This document shows positions 30,931 to 39,687 of a stretch of DNA of 64,000 bases, in pieces. The position numbers and the translations under genes were made by a program. Positions within the stretch are counted from its first letter, which is position 1. The number at the start of each line of letters is the position of its first letter. Source of the stretch: Nitrosopumilus sp. (GTDB lineage Archaea > Thermoproteota > Nitrososphaeria > Nitrososphaerales > Nitrosopumilaceae); contig OZ252243.1 in NCBI GenBank assembly GCA_965249555.1, forward strand, positions 1,312,001 through 1,376,000, in the 5' to 3' direction. The notes below the pieces were generated by a model. The model worked only from the letters and a program-made list of their open reading frames with translations. It ran no database searches and had not been told where the DNA came from.

Positions 30931-31782
30931 CTAGATGGCAATCTCACATATTTCAATCCATCCAGATTTCTTTGTTTTAAAAATTGTATTTTTCCCAGTC
31001 CTTTGTTTTTCCATGTCTTGAAGTGAAAAAGTGTTTAAAATAGTGCCATTTATTTTATCCATATAAAATTGGATTGTATCAGTATCGTATCTCATTACAG
31101 GTACATCACATTGCTCTTTTATGATATCAAAAATTCTATCTGCTATGTATACTCGATTTTTAGCGATGTGTTTTTGTTTTACTAGATATTCAAGTATTAT
31201 GAAATTATGTCTAGTTTGTGTCTTAAATAAACTAACCAAATCAAATAGATTTTTTTCATCAAGATAATATGATATTCCCTCAAAAATTAAAATTGTTGGC
31301 TCTAATTTTTTCCAACCTTGTTTTAAAAGTGAGTTAAATACACTAGCTGGGTTTTGTAGATTAATATCTAAACAATGTATGTGGTTGGATAATTTGCTAT
31401 CTGTTTTTCTTATGAGCTTGTTTTTTAGTAGCATGTTTGATTTGTCTATTTCATAAATTTGCAGATTTTTTATCTTTGATGATAATTCAATGGATAATAC
31501 ATCCATTCCAGAGCCAAAAATAACAATTTGCGAAACTTTGCTTTTTCTAATAATTTCAAGTGTCATATTAATAATACATTTTTTTCTATTCTTTATGACC
31601 GTATCATAAGTTGGCCATATTTTTTTGCAACTAGTAAATAGTTTATTGCCTGGTGTTAAGTCCAATAACTTTAGATATTTTTGAGAGTTCTTTGTTGTAT
31701 GAATTGTATTTTTTGCAAATAATAATACTAGAGCTGATGTCTCAGATAGATTATTCAAAGTTGATTTTAATATCATCACCAA
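30931..31782 (-). CDS. LCM-type SAM-dependent methyltransferase
   Basis: SETS, QIVIFGSGMD, YEID, LIFEGISYYL. Confidence 0.85.
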   Translation of the reverse strand: MVMILKSTLNNLSETSALVLLFAKNTIHTTKNSQKYLKLLDLTPGNKLFTSCKKIWPTYDTVIKNRKKCIINMTLEIIRKSKVSQIVIFGSGMDVLSIELSSKIKNLQIYEIDKSNMLLKNKLIRKTDSKLSNHIHCLDINLQNPASVFNSLLKQGWKKLEPTILIFEGISYYLDEKNLFDLVSLFKTQTRHNFIILEYLVKQKHIAKNRVYIADRIFDIIKEQCDVPVMRYDTDTIQFYMDKINGTILNTFSLQDMEKQRTGKNTIFKTKKSGWIEICEIAI

Positions 31783-31874
31783 AAATAATTACCCATATCA
31801 TAAATTTCTATGCTAAAAAATATGTTCATTTTTTACTAAATACATATATAGAATAATTTTATCATATATTCATA

Positions 31875-33134
31875 TTGATATCACGAAAATCAACAATTTT
31901 AATTGTTTTGGGTATAATATCTGCAACCGTACTAGTACAAATTATTACATCTGATTCTTCACAAATAGAATCCCAGCTAGTTGATGAAATTAAAATTGGC
32001 TCTATAATACCATTAACTGGGGATCTATCAAGTTATGGAGAAGAGACATCCATTGCAGCAAAACTAGCTGTTACTGATTTTAACTCATTCCTAAAAGAAA
32101 TGGATGCGCCATGGCACCTTACAATGGTAACTGAGGATTCAGCTACTAATCCTGTAATTGCACTAGAAAAACTAACATCACTTTATGCTAAAGGGATAGG
32201 GACAGTTGTTGGTCCTGAGACTAGCTCTAATATTTCACACGTAAAGGGGTATGCAGAGTCAAATAATATGCTACTAATATCATGCTGCTCTACTGCTCCA
32301 TCCCTTGCAATCCCTAATGATAGTGTATATCGTTTGGTTCCAAATGATTCTAATCACGCAAACGTCTTGGCAAAACTTGCACAAAAAGAATCAATCAAAG
32401 TTATAATTCCAGTGTATAGGGGAGATTCCTGGGGTGATGGACTAGTCAAAGCCATTAATGAGTCCTTTACAGGTCTTGGTGGTACAGTTGATGAGGGAGT
32501 CAGGTATAATCCAGAAACCCCGGAATTTTCTGCATCAACTTCATTACTTGCTGAGAAAGTCAATACCCTGCTATTACATTATGATAAAAAGAATATAGCA
32601 ATTATACTAATCAGCTTTGGTGAAGGATTACACTTTATGCAATCAGCATCACAGCATGACACACTAAGTACAATTCAATGGTTTGGAACTGATGGTAATG
32701 CACTAGAGCCTGCAATTGTAGAGGACCCGATAGGTATGGAATTTTCAAATGCTGTGAATTTTACTGCAGTGCTGTTTGCAGTATCAGATAATGATAAAAA
32801 TATGCATGTAAAAAACCACTTGATTGATACACTTGGGCGAGTCCCTGTTGTTTATGCATATTCTGCATATGATGCAGTGTGGTTGATTGGATTATCAATG
32901 ATTGAATCTCAAAGCAGTGATGTTACTGAAATTAAAGCAGTACTACCAGAGGTTGCCAGTAGATATGATGGCGCACTAGGTGAAATAACCCTTAATGATG
33001 CAGGAGATCTAGCATCATCTGATTATGAAATCTATAAAGTAATTGGTGATGAGTGGGTGTTAATATCATTGTATGGTAATGAAGCAGATGAGTTTGTATC
33101 AGTGTATGGTGTGGATTATTCTCACACAGAGTAA
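31875..33134 (+). CDS. LivJ/LivK-type ABC substrate-binding protein
   Basis: N-terminal anchor; IKIG.IIPLTGDLS..G, GPETS, STAPSL, YSAYDAVW, G.I.LN..GD. Confidence 0.88.
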   Translation: MISRKSTILIVLGIISATVLVQIITSDSSQIESQLVDEIKIGSIIPLTGDLSSYGEETSIAAKLAVTDFNSFLKEMDAPWHLTMVTEDSATNPVIALEKLTSLYAKGIGTVVGPETSSNISHVKGYAESNNMLLISCCSTAPSLAIPNDSVYRLVPNDSNHANVLAKLAQKESIKVIIPVYRGDSWGDGLVKAINESFTGLGGTVDEGVRYNPETPEFSASTSLLAEKVNTLLLHYDKKNIAIILISFGEGLHFMQSASQHDTLSTIQWFGTDGNALEPAIVEDPIGMEFSNAVNFTAVLFAVSDNDKNMHVKNHLIDTLGRVPVVYAYSAYDAVWLIGLSMIESQSSDVTEIKAVLPEVASRYDGALGEITLNDAGDLASSDYEIYKVIGDEWVLISLYGNEADEFVSVYGVDYSHTE

Positions 33135-33324
33135 ATAGGAAACGATGCAATTAAAACACTAAATGCGCGCTCTTTTATGGTTACATATATCGTTCATGAT
33201 ATGATTAATGAGATAGAATTTACTCCAAATGAGCAAACTCAATATATCAATACTTTTTCTGAAATGTTTGACTTGTATGGTTCAATAACAGGTGGTGGGA
33301 TTTGGCCTGAACCATATACATTTG

Positions 33325-33720
33325 ATGAGAAAAAGTCAAAGTCTAGTTTCTTTTGGGCTCAGGACCAGTTCTTGTGCAAGTCAATGCCAACATACATGCA
33401 CTTGTCTTTTTTTGCCCTAATCTGTTTCTTTGGACTTTTCTTGGAATACGATGGATTACGAGTCCTGGATCTGGGTTCATTTCCTATGCTATCTGAATTC
33501 CTTCTTTTGGTATTCACATATAGTTATCAAGCATTTTGGATGCATTTCATCATCTCAGAAAACATGCCCAATCCCTTGGTTCTCCGTGCCTCAAGGCATG
33601 CAAGAAAGACGGAGATCATCCTCATGCCCTGATTTGTGCGTGAAGGTTGATACATACAGTATGGCACAACAGAAATCTTTAAACAATTATAAATCCACAT
33701 CTAAGCGATTGAATATGAGA
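33325..33720 (-). mobile_element. internally deleted IS110-family remnant
   Basis: Minus-strand MYVGIDLHK (33371-33397) then immediate stop; ATGAGA at both junctions (33325-33330, 33715-33720); TTGAC near right end. Confidence 0.65.
33520..33657 (-). mobile_element. 138-bp MITE-like derivative of the IS66 element
   Basis: First 28 nt identical to IS left end (20010-20037), joined at ATCA to a diverged copy of the last ~113 nt of the IS. Confidence 0.88.
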
Positions 33721-33854
33721 CAAAGCATTCAGTTAGTAGAAGATGGCGGGTTTGGGAAATACCAAAAAGGCGAGAACGACATAGCATGTACATACAATAA
33801 TGCCGATCTAGCAGAGAAAGCAATGTTAAAATTCATTAAAAAAATAGCCAATAA

Positions 33855-34121
33855 GTGAACTACAAAGTTTCCCTTTCTAATATTTTTAAAGAACAATTAA
33901 AACAAATTGCAGAGTTTGACACTTTTACCAATTCCAAAAAAGTTAGTAAGAATCCAAAACAAACTCTCAAAGATTTAGAAAAAATGGAAAAATTAGGAAT
34001 AACCATACACACCACTAAGATTAAATCAGATGTATATGGAACAAAGTACACTGTGGTGTATAAAGTGACAAAGAATCAACAGAAAAAATTAACAGCAAAA
34101 AAAATAATCAGGCATAAATAA
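33855..34121 (+). CDS. RelE/ParE-like small basic protein
   Basis: YKVSLS..FK.QLK.I N-terminus and Y.VVYKV...L..K.I.H C-terminus pattern. Confidence 0.45.
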   Translation: MNYKVSLSNIFKEQLKQIAEFDTFTNSKKVSKNPKQTLKDLEKMEKLGITIHTTKIKSDVYGTKYTVVYKVTKNQQKKLTAKKIIRHK

Positions 34122-34134
34122 TAATAAAATAATA

Positions 34135-34220
34135 ATCCCTTTTACTCAATATTTTTGTCATCTACCAAAAGGTTAGTAATCAAAATACTTGGTAAAACCG
34201 CCAATTATTATGTAATAACT
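34135..34220 (+). repeat. direct repeat copy 2 (putative att arm + core)
   Basis: Same orientation, 10672 bp from copy 1. Confidence 0.85.
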
Positions 34221-34241
34221 CTGTTCTGGATGTGATGTGAT

Positions 34242-34640
34242 TTGTTAAAAAAAATAATTGGAATAGGCATAACTGGAATAGTAGTTCTTGTAACTATTGC
34301 ATTACTGTTTTCAAACAATTCAATTGAAGATCCAGAACCCTTTGTTAAAGGTGATGTGATAATGCCAACAAAAGTTTCTCGCCCAGGATGTGAAGAAACT
34401 GATAGATGTTACATTCCCTCTCTAATTGTAATTGAAAAAGGAAAACAAGTAACATGGGTAAATGAAGATTCAGCGTTTCATAGTATTACTTCAGGTTTTT
34501 ACGATACACCAACTGATCTTTTTGACAGTGGGCATTTAGATCCATTTGAATCCTATACCCTTACTTTTGATGAAACAGGCACATTTGATTATTTTTGTAC
34601 TCTTCATCCTTGGATGAAAGGACAAGTAGTTGTTGAATAA
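34242..34640 (+). CDS. blue (type 1) copper/plastocyanin-like protein
   Basis: W.N.D...H, YFCTLHPWM copper ligands; N-terminal anchor. Confidence 0.92.
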   Translation: MLKKIIGIGITGIVVLVTIALLFSNNSIEDPEPFVKGDVIMPTKVSRPGCEETDRCYIPSLIVIEKGKQVTWVNEDSAFHSITSGFYDTPTDLFDSGHLDPFESYTLTFDETGTFDYFCTLHPWMKGQVVVE

Positions 34641-34711
34641 GGTACCCGAGGGAGTCGAACCCCCTTGTATAGGCTTTGCAGGCCCACGCATAACCGTTCT
34701 GCCAGAGTACC
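34640..34711 (-). tRNA. tRNA-Cys(GCA)
   Basis: GGTACTC/GGGTACC acceptor, TGGGC-CTGCAAA-GCCTA anticodon arm, TTCGACT T-loop. Confidence 0.95.
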
Positions 34712-34750
34712 GTTTTAAAAAACACAAAATGAATAATTAAACTCTTCAGA

Positions 34751-34972
34751 TTAGAATTTGTTAAATGGTTTTGAGGCCAACTTTACGTCTTCACCTTTTA
34801 TCGTTTTTCTACCTGCATGAGAAGCCATATCCACTGCACTTTTTGCAATGCCATCGGCCAGTTCTTCAACCACCCTTCTTAATTCATTTGCTGATTCGTC
34901 ACTAACTCTCTCAGCTCCTGCTTTCTTCAAAATTCTATACATGGCAGATAATCCTAATTCTGACGATTTCAT
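34751..34972 (-). CDS. archaeal histone
   Basis: RILKKAGAERVS, HAGRKTIK.ED. Confidence 0.93.
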   Translation of the reverse strand: MKSSELGLSAMYRILKKAGAERVSDESANELRRVVEELADGIAKSAVDMASHAGRKTIKGEDVKLASKPFNKF

Positions 34973-35068
34973 GAATTCTATTTTAGTTTTTTCCGAAAAA
35001 AGATAATGAATGAAAAAATATCACTAAGGAATCGATTTATACAGACTATTTTAAGAATTGATAAAGAA

Positions 35069-35824
35069 ATGACATGGTATTTTGATTCTCATATACATTT
35101 GTCTGATTCTGCATATTCTTCTGATATGCAATTTATCTTAACGGGAATGGAATATCTAAAAATTAAAGCATGTTGTGTTTCAATGGATAATGAAAATTCT
35201 TTACAAACTTTAGAACTAGCAAAAACAAATAATCTAGTTTTACCTTTCATTGGAATTCATCCTGAATGTGCAAATGATGAACTTGAACAAATGACAAATC
35301 TGATCGAAGAGAATCATCAAAATCTTTCTGGAATAGGAGAAATAGGATTGGATCCAACTTTTGTTAACAGTGATGAAGATTCTAAAAGACAAATGCATGT
35401 ATTTGAAACATTATTATCAATTGCAGAAAAATTTAACAAACCAGTTTCTATTCATTCACGAAAAAGCATTGATAATGTTTTGCAAATAATGACATCCTAT
35501 AACACAAAACATGCTTTACTTCACTGGTTTGATGGAAATAAAAAACAGCTTCAAAAAGCTATGGATATGGGATTTTTTGTGTCATATGGACCTGTAATGG
35601 TTTATGCAAATGATAAGCAAACTTTATTGTCTAAAACAGATGAATCAAAAATTCTTGTTGAAACTGATGGACCTGTAAGATTTTCTAGATGTTTTGAAAT
35701 GAAATCCGCACAAATTAGCTTTATTCCTAGCATTATTTTTTGTGCATCAAAAATTCTAGGAAAAACGTTTGATGAGATGGCATCTCTACTAGAAAATAAT
35801 TCAAAATCATTTCTTGGAATATAG
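35069..35824 (+). CDS. tatD: TatD family DNase
   Basis: FDSHIHL, GIHP, IGEIGLD, HSR, HWF, ETDGP. Confidence 0.9.
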   Translation: MTWYFDSHIHLSDSAYSSDMQFILTGMEYLKIKACCVSMDNENSLQTLELAKTNNLVLPFIGIHPECANDELEQMTNLIEENHQNLSGIGEIGLDPTFVNSDEDSKRQMHVFETLLSIAEKFNKPVSIHSRKSIDNVLQIMTSYNTKHALLHWFDGNKKQLQKAMDMGFFVSYGPVMVYANDKQTLLSKTDESKILVETDGPVRFSRCFEMKSAQISFIPSIIFCASKILGKTFDEMASLLENNSKSFLGI

Positions 35825-35855
35825 GTATAAAATACCCCAATTCATTAATCGAGGA

Positions 35856-36212
35856 GTGGATAGAATAAAGCGTATCTCATATGAGGTTCTAGACGAACAC
35901 AAATCAAAGTTTGGTGAAGATTTTGCAGATAACAAAAAAGTCTTAGATCAAATATCTATCATACGTTCTAAAAGCCTAAAAAACAAAATATCAGGTTATA
36001 TCACTAGATTTATCAAAAAAGAGATCCGTGAAGAAAAAGCCAAACAAGCACAAATCGCAGCTTCACAATCAGAGGAACCCATTGAGAAAGAAGTTCAACC
36101 AGAAACTTCTGAACCAACCACAGTTTCTAAAGAAACTTTTACTGAAACTGTAGAAGAAAAAGCTGAAACTGTAGAAGAAAAAGCTGAAACTACCGAAGAG
36201 AAAACTGAATAA
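35856..36212 (+). CDS. rps17e: 30S ribosomal protein S17e with acidic tail
   Basis: F..DF..NK, SK.L.NKI.GYITR; GTG start after GAGGA. Confidence 0.9.
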   Translation: MDRIKRISYEVLDEHKSKFGEDFADNKKVLDQISIIRSKSLKNKISGYITRFIKKEIREEKAKQAQIAASQSEEPIEKEVQPETSEPTTVSKETFTETVEEKAETVEEKAETTEEKTE

Positions 36213-36253
36213 TTAATAAAACATTAATTTTCTAAATTTTGAATTAGATTAAC

Positions 36254-37027
36254 ATGATTACTGTAAAATTTGTTGGTGGGGCAAAAAAATCTTTTTCAAC
36301 AGAACAATTACATATTGATAAATCTGATATATCCATTCAGGAATTACTGGATTTATTGTTAGAATTAAAACCTGATAATACTCCTGATCTTGATACTGAA
36401 AATATTTTGATTGCAATAAATGGAGCTGATTCTTCTGCAATGGAAGGAAAATCTACCAAGATAAAGAACAATGATCTTGTGAGCATTATACCTGTAATTC
36501 ATGGAGGCTCTTCCAAAAAACTAACTTTCCAAGTCTTAAAAAAACAAATTCAAATAATTGAAATCAGAGGCCAAAAAACAATTAATGTAAAGTTCCTTGA
36601 TAATTTAAGAAAAAAATATCCAAAAATTCAACTTCAGGCAGTATCCAGCAAATTTGTTATGAATAATTATCATTTAAAAAAAATCATATCTTTATCTTTG
36701 GAATCTGAAAAAAATAATATTTTACTTTCAAAAAAACTTGAAACTGATATTCTGATGCGTTTTGCATTGACTAATCAAATTTCTAATGCAATCACCCATG
36801 TAGGACTAAAACCAAAAACTAATTTCATTTTAATTGCAATAGGAAATAAAAAAATACTAAATTCATTATATCTGGAATTATTACCATTATCTGTAAATCT
36901 GTTTTCAAAAAATAATGATTTATTTCTCAAAAAATATTTTAAAATTACAAAAAAACTGCTTGATACAGTTTATTCAAATAATCCTTTGGAGGATATTTTG
37001 ATAGAAAAGGCAGCAATTTTACTCTGA
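36254..37027 (+). CDS. ubiquitin-like (MoaD/Urm1) - KEOPS Cgi121 fusion
   Basis: Ubl ending IIPVIHGG, then Cgi121-like ETDILMRFA.T.QIS.AI..VG. Confidence 0.8.
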   Translation: MITVKFVGGAKKSFSTEQLHIDKSDISIQELLDLLLELKPDNTPDLDTENILIAINGADSSAMEGKSTKIKNNDLVSIIPVIHGGSSKKLTFQVLKKQIQIIEIRGQKTINVKFLDNLRKKYPKIQLQAVSSKFVMNNYHLKKIISLSLESEKNNILLSKKLETDILMRFALTNQISNAITHVGLKPKTNFILIAIGNKKILNSLYLELLPLSVNLFSKNNDLFLKKYFKITKKLLDTVYSNNPLEDILIEKAAILL

Positions 37028-37540
37028 AATACTACGTTTAGTTTTTTCAACACTTAGTACATCTGTTTTTTTTAATATAGAAATTCCTGTTTTATTGCCT
37101 AAAATTTCAATTAAGATCACTTTGTCCGGAAATTCAAGTGATACTTTACTTTTTATTTTACTTGCAATTTTTGTAATAATTTCTTGACTAGATAAATCCG
37201 AACTTCTTTTTTCTATGGATATTCTGTATGTTTCATCATTAGAAATTTGTTCAGATATTTCTGTAACAGCTTTTTCAATTTCTTCAATTTTTGTTTCAAT
37301 TACTTTCTGAATTGGAATTATTCTTAGACAATATCTGATACTCCAAGGTTCATCAAGAAGCATTTCTTTAATTTTTCTTACAACCTGTATTGGTTCTAGC
37401 TTTGTCTCAGCAGTTAAAATCCCTGACATTTTTGTGATTGAAATTTTTGCATCAGAGTCTCCAAATTCTTCTAAAATATCTCTTAATTCTTCTTCAGTTT
37501 CAGGTTCAAAATGTCTTGCACAAGTAATTATCAAATTCAT
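37019..37540 (-). CDS. THUMP-domain RNA-binding protein
   Basis: RIIPI, TYRISIEKR, KVSLE.PD.VI.IEIL. Confidence 0.85.
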   Translation of the reverse strand: MNLIITCARHFEPETEEELRDILEEFGDSDAKISITKMSGILTAETKLEPIQVVRKIKEMLLDEPWSIRYCLRIIPIQKVIETKIEEIEKAVTEISEQISNDETYRISIEKRSSDLSSQEIITKIASKIKSKVSLEFPDKVILIEILGNKTGISILKKTDVLSVEKTKRSISE

Positions 37541-38166
37541 AATCTTGAAATCTCCTCATAACTCAAAGAGCCCTCTCGAATAATTTTGATCTCCTCATTC
37601 TCTATTTCAATTATGGTTGATTCTGTTTTACTGGCAATTATCCCACCATCAACAAAAATATCATATTTTTGAATATTGTTGAAACATTCATCAGGATTTG
37701 TAAATGATGAATGTCCAGAAATATTTGCACTAGTACCTACTAGAAAATTACATTTCTTCAATAATTCTAGCGTGCATTTATGATCAGGAACTCTTATGGC
37801 AATTTTATCAGTTACATTTAATGATTTTCTTAACTCTGCATCAGTTAACTTTAGAATTATTGTTAGTGCTCCTGGCCAAAATTTCTCTACAATTTTTTTA
37901 GTAAACTCATCAAAAAAAGCAATTCTTTCTGCAATCTCCTTTGAATAAGCTAAAACTGGAAATGGTTTTGAAATGTCTCTAGATTTTATCTCATAAATTT
38001 TTCTCACTGAATCTCTGTTGTATGGATTACATCCTATTCCATATACTGTATCTGTTGGAAACACGGCAATTCCACCTTGATTGATAATTTGAGATGCTTT
38101 TTCAATTCCTTCTTTGTCACAATTTACTTTCAATATCCATTCCATTCTTTTTTGTTTAATTATCAT
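37537..38166 (-). CDS. L-threonylcarbamoyladenylate synthase (TsaC/Sua5, YrdC domain only)
   Basis: FPTDTVYG, IY.IK.R...KP, FWPG, AIRVP, TSANISG, STI. Confidence 0.92.
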   Translation of the reverse strand: MIIKQKRMEWILKVNCDKEGIEKASQIINQGGIAVFPTDTVYGIGCNPYNRDSVRKIYEIKSRDISKPFPVLAYSKEIAERIAFFDEFTKKIVEKFWPGALTIILKLTDAELRKSLNVTDKIAIRVPDHKCTLELLKKCNFLVGTSANISGHSSFTNPDECFNNIQKYDIFVDGGIIASKTESTIIEIENEEIKIIREGSLSYEEISRL

Positions 38167-38212
38167 TTACTTTTGAATAAGTTTTTATCAGTAACAGTTT
38201 TCCCTTGTAAAG

Positions 38213-38293
38213 ATGTCTAAACCATCTTCTGATCTTGAGGACACTGATTTTGAAGATGATTTTGATGATGAATTAGATGAAAAAGAAGATTAG
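38213..38293 (+). CDS. putative acidic micropeptide (26 aa)
   Basis: MSKPSSDLEDTDFEDDFDDELDEKED; TTTTTAT ~30 nt upstream. Confidence 0.45.
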   Translation: MSKPSSDLEDTDFEDDFDDELDEKED

Positions 38294-38577
38294 ATACTTA
38301 ATCCAAAATCATCTGCAAAGTTTGTAAATGTATAATATGCTTGAAGAAATTCTCTACCTGATTGGCTTATTCTATATTTGTTTGAACCTTTAGTATCTAC
38401 TTGTTCTAAGAGTCCTTGTGATACTAGAGTTTTCAAGATTCTTGAAATTCTAGAATGAGATATGTTTGCTTTTCTAATTAGATATGTAACTGATGCTCCA
38501 TTCTCATCTTGTAGATCATTTCGAGTTGTTTCTAGAATATCACCAATAATTTTCATATGAGTTCTATATTCGGCCAT
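38290..38577 (-). CDS. winged-HTH transcriptional regulator
   Basis: YRTHMKIIGDIL..KANISHSRI..GLL..S.GR. Confidence 0.85.
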   Translation of the reverse strand: MAEYRTHMKIIGDILETTRNDLQDENGASVTYLIRKANISHSRISRILKTLVSQGLLEQVDTKGSNKYRISQSGREFLQAYYTFTNFADDFGLSI

Positions 38578-38698
38578 TTTCTCTATTCTATTATTGTTGT
38601 AATTTCTATGAGAGGGCAGTGATATTTTCCAATATACTAAAAAGATAAAAGAAATTGACAAATTTTTAATTGCTACAAATTTTGAGCCTATGTTGAAA

Positions 38699-39340
38699 TT
38701 ATTCTAATCCCTCATCAAATTTCATCTTAGTTAAGGGTACTTTGCTCACTGGAATGAATAATGCTATCAATCCTCCAATTTTGATTATCATTGATGCAGA
38801 ATAAAGGATTGATTCTGGGAACACAAATGAATACCATCCTAAAAATTCCCCTAATGCTAAGAGTGCTAATCCAACAGCAACTGAAATCGCACCTTTGTTT
38901 TTATTTTCAAAGTATGATAACATTGTTTCAATGGCACCATAAGCCAACAAAATGAATGAAACTGATCTAAAGATATGTTCTAACTGAACCGAAGAAACTA
39001 GGAATAATGGAAAAATTCCTATTGATCTAAAATATCTGGATTTTGGAAAAAATGATTTTATGCTATGAGAAAACGCAATGAAAAAGTATCCTACTGTTTG
39101 AATTGCGATTCCTAAAGTCTGAATCCATCTCTCTATGTTTCCTGATTTAATCACAAAGTCTTCTACTATGTATCCCATCCATATTACAAAAAATCCTAAA
39201 CTTATTGAAAAAAATGCAATTGTTAGTCTAAATAATGTTGGACTACCTGTATTTCTAAATCCAATTAATGCCATTATTCCTATAGCAAGTCCTACCAAAA
39301 ACCCTATCAGATTGAGTATATTTTCTAATAAAAATTCCAA
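38699..39340 (-). CDS. multi-pass (~7 TM) membrane protein
   Basis: About seven hydrophobic segments. Confidence 0.8.
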   Translation of the reverse strand: MEFLLENILNLIGFLVGLAIGIMALIGFRNTGSPTLFRLTIAFFSISLGFFVIWMGYIVEDFVIKSGNIERWIQTLGIAIQTVGYFFIAFSHSIKSFFPKSRYFRSIGIFPLFLVSSVQLEHIFRSVSFILLAYGAIETMLSYFENKNKGAISVAVGLALLALGEFLGWYSFVFPESILYSASMIIKIGGLIALFIPVSKVPLTKMKFDEGLE

Positions 39341-39400
39341 TGATGTTTAGAAACTTGTTAAACTAATTATTTTAATCTGATGAATGATTTTACTATATTG

Positions 39401-39610
39401 TTAATCCCATTCATCCAATGAACCTGAAGATTGACCTTCTGTACTACCTGTATAGTCTCCGAGAATATCTGAATATTTAGATTCATTGTGTGCTATAAAT
39501 TTCACATATTCCCCATAACCCATTTCTAAATCACACGAACCACATTTTACTAAAGAGAAATCCATTGATAATTCAGCATCTTTCCTGCATTTTGGGCATT
39601 TTATCTTCAT
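39401..39610 (-). CDS. small zinc-ribbon protein
   Basis: CPKC...CGSC. Confidence 0.7.
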   Translation of the reverse strand: MKIKCPKCRKDAELSMDFSLVKCGSCDLEMGYGEYVKFIAHNESKYSDILGDYTGSTEGQSSGSLDEWD

Positions 39611-39687
39611 GACTAATTTTGTCTTTGATAATTATTATTGCTTTATTTTTAATAAAAGATAAAAGGAGTTCATTATTGCTAATTTTC

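Larger units (their letters stand above)
33177..33858 (+). pseudogene. small gene interrupted by IS remnants
   Basis: Coding-like 5' part to ~33330 and 3' part from ~33715 (stop overlaps next GTG) separated by IS-derived DNA. Confidence 0.5.
18950..34216. mobile_element. accessory genomic island (integrase-less, probably two tandem modules)
   Basis: Orphan genes, pseudogenes, IS elements; bounded by ATTATGTAAT at 18950-18959 and 34207-34216 with internal copy ATTATGTATT at 23535-23544. Confidence 0.7.

Noticed and set aside
33177-33858. ORFs 33177-33632 and 33430-33858 as two intact genes
   Set aside because: Both read through IS110/IS66-derived DNA and are chimeric.
34640-34711. tRNA-Cys or tRNA-Thr as island attachment site
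   Set aside because: No duplicated tRNA fragment seen, and native genes lie between the tRNAs and the island.
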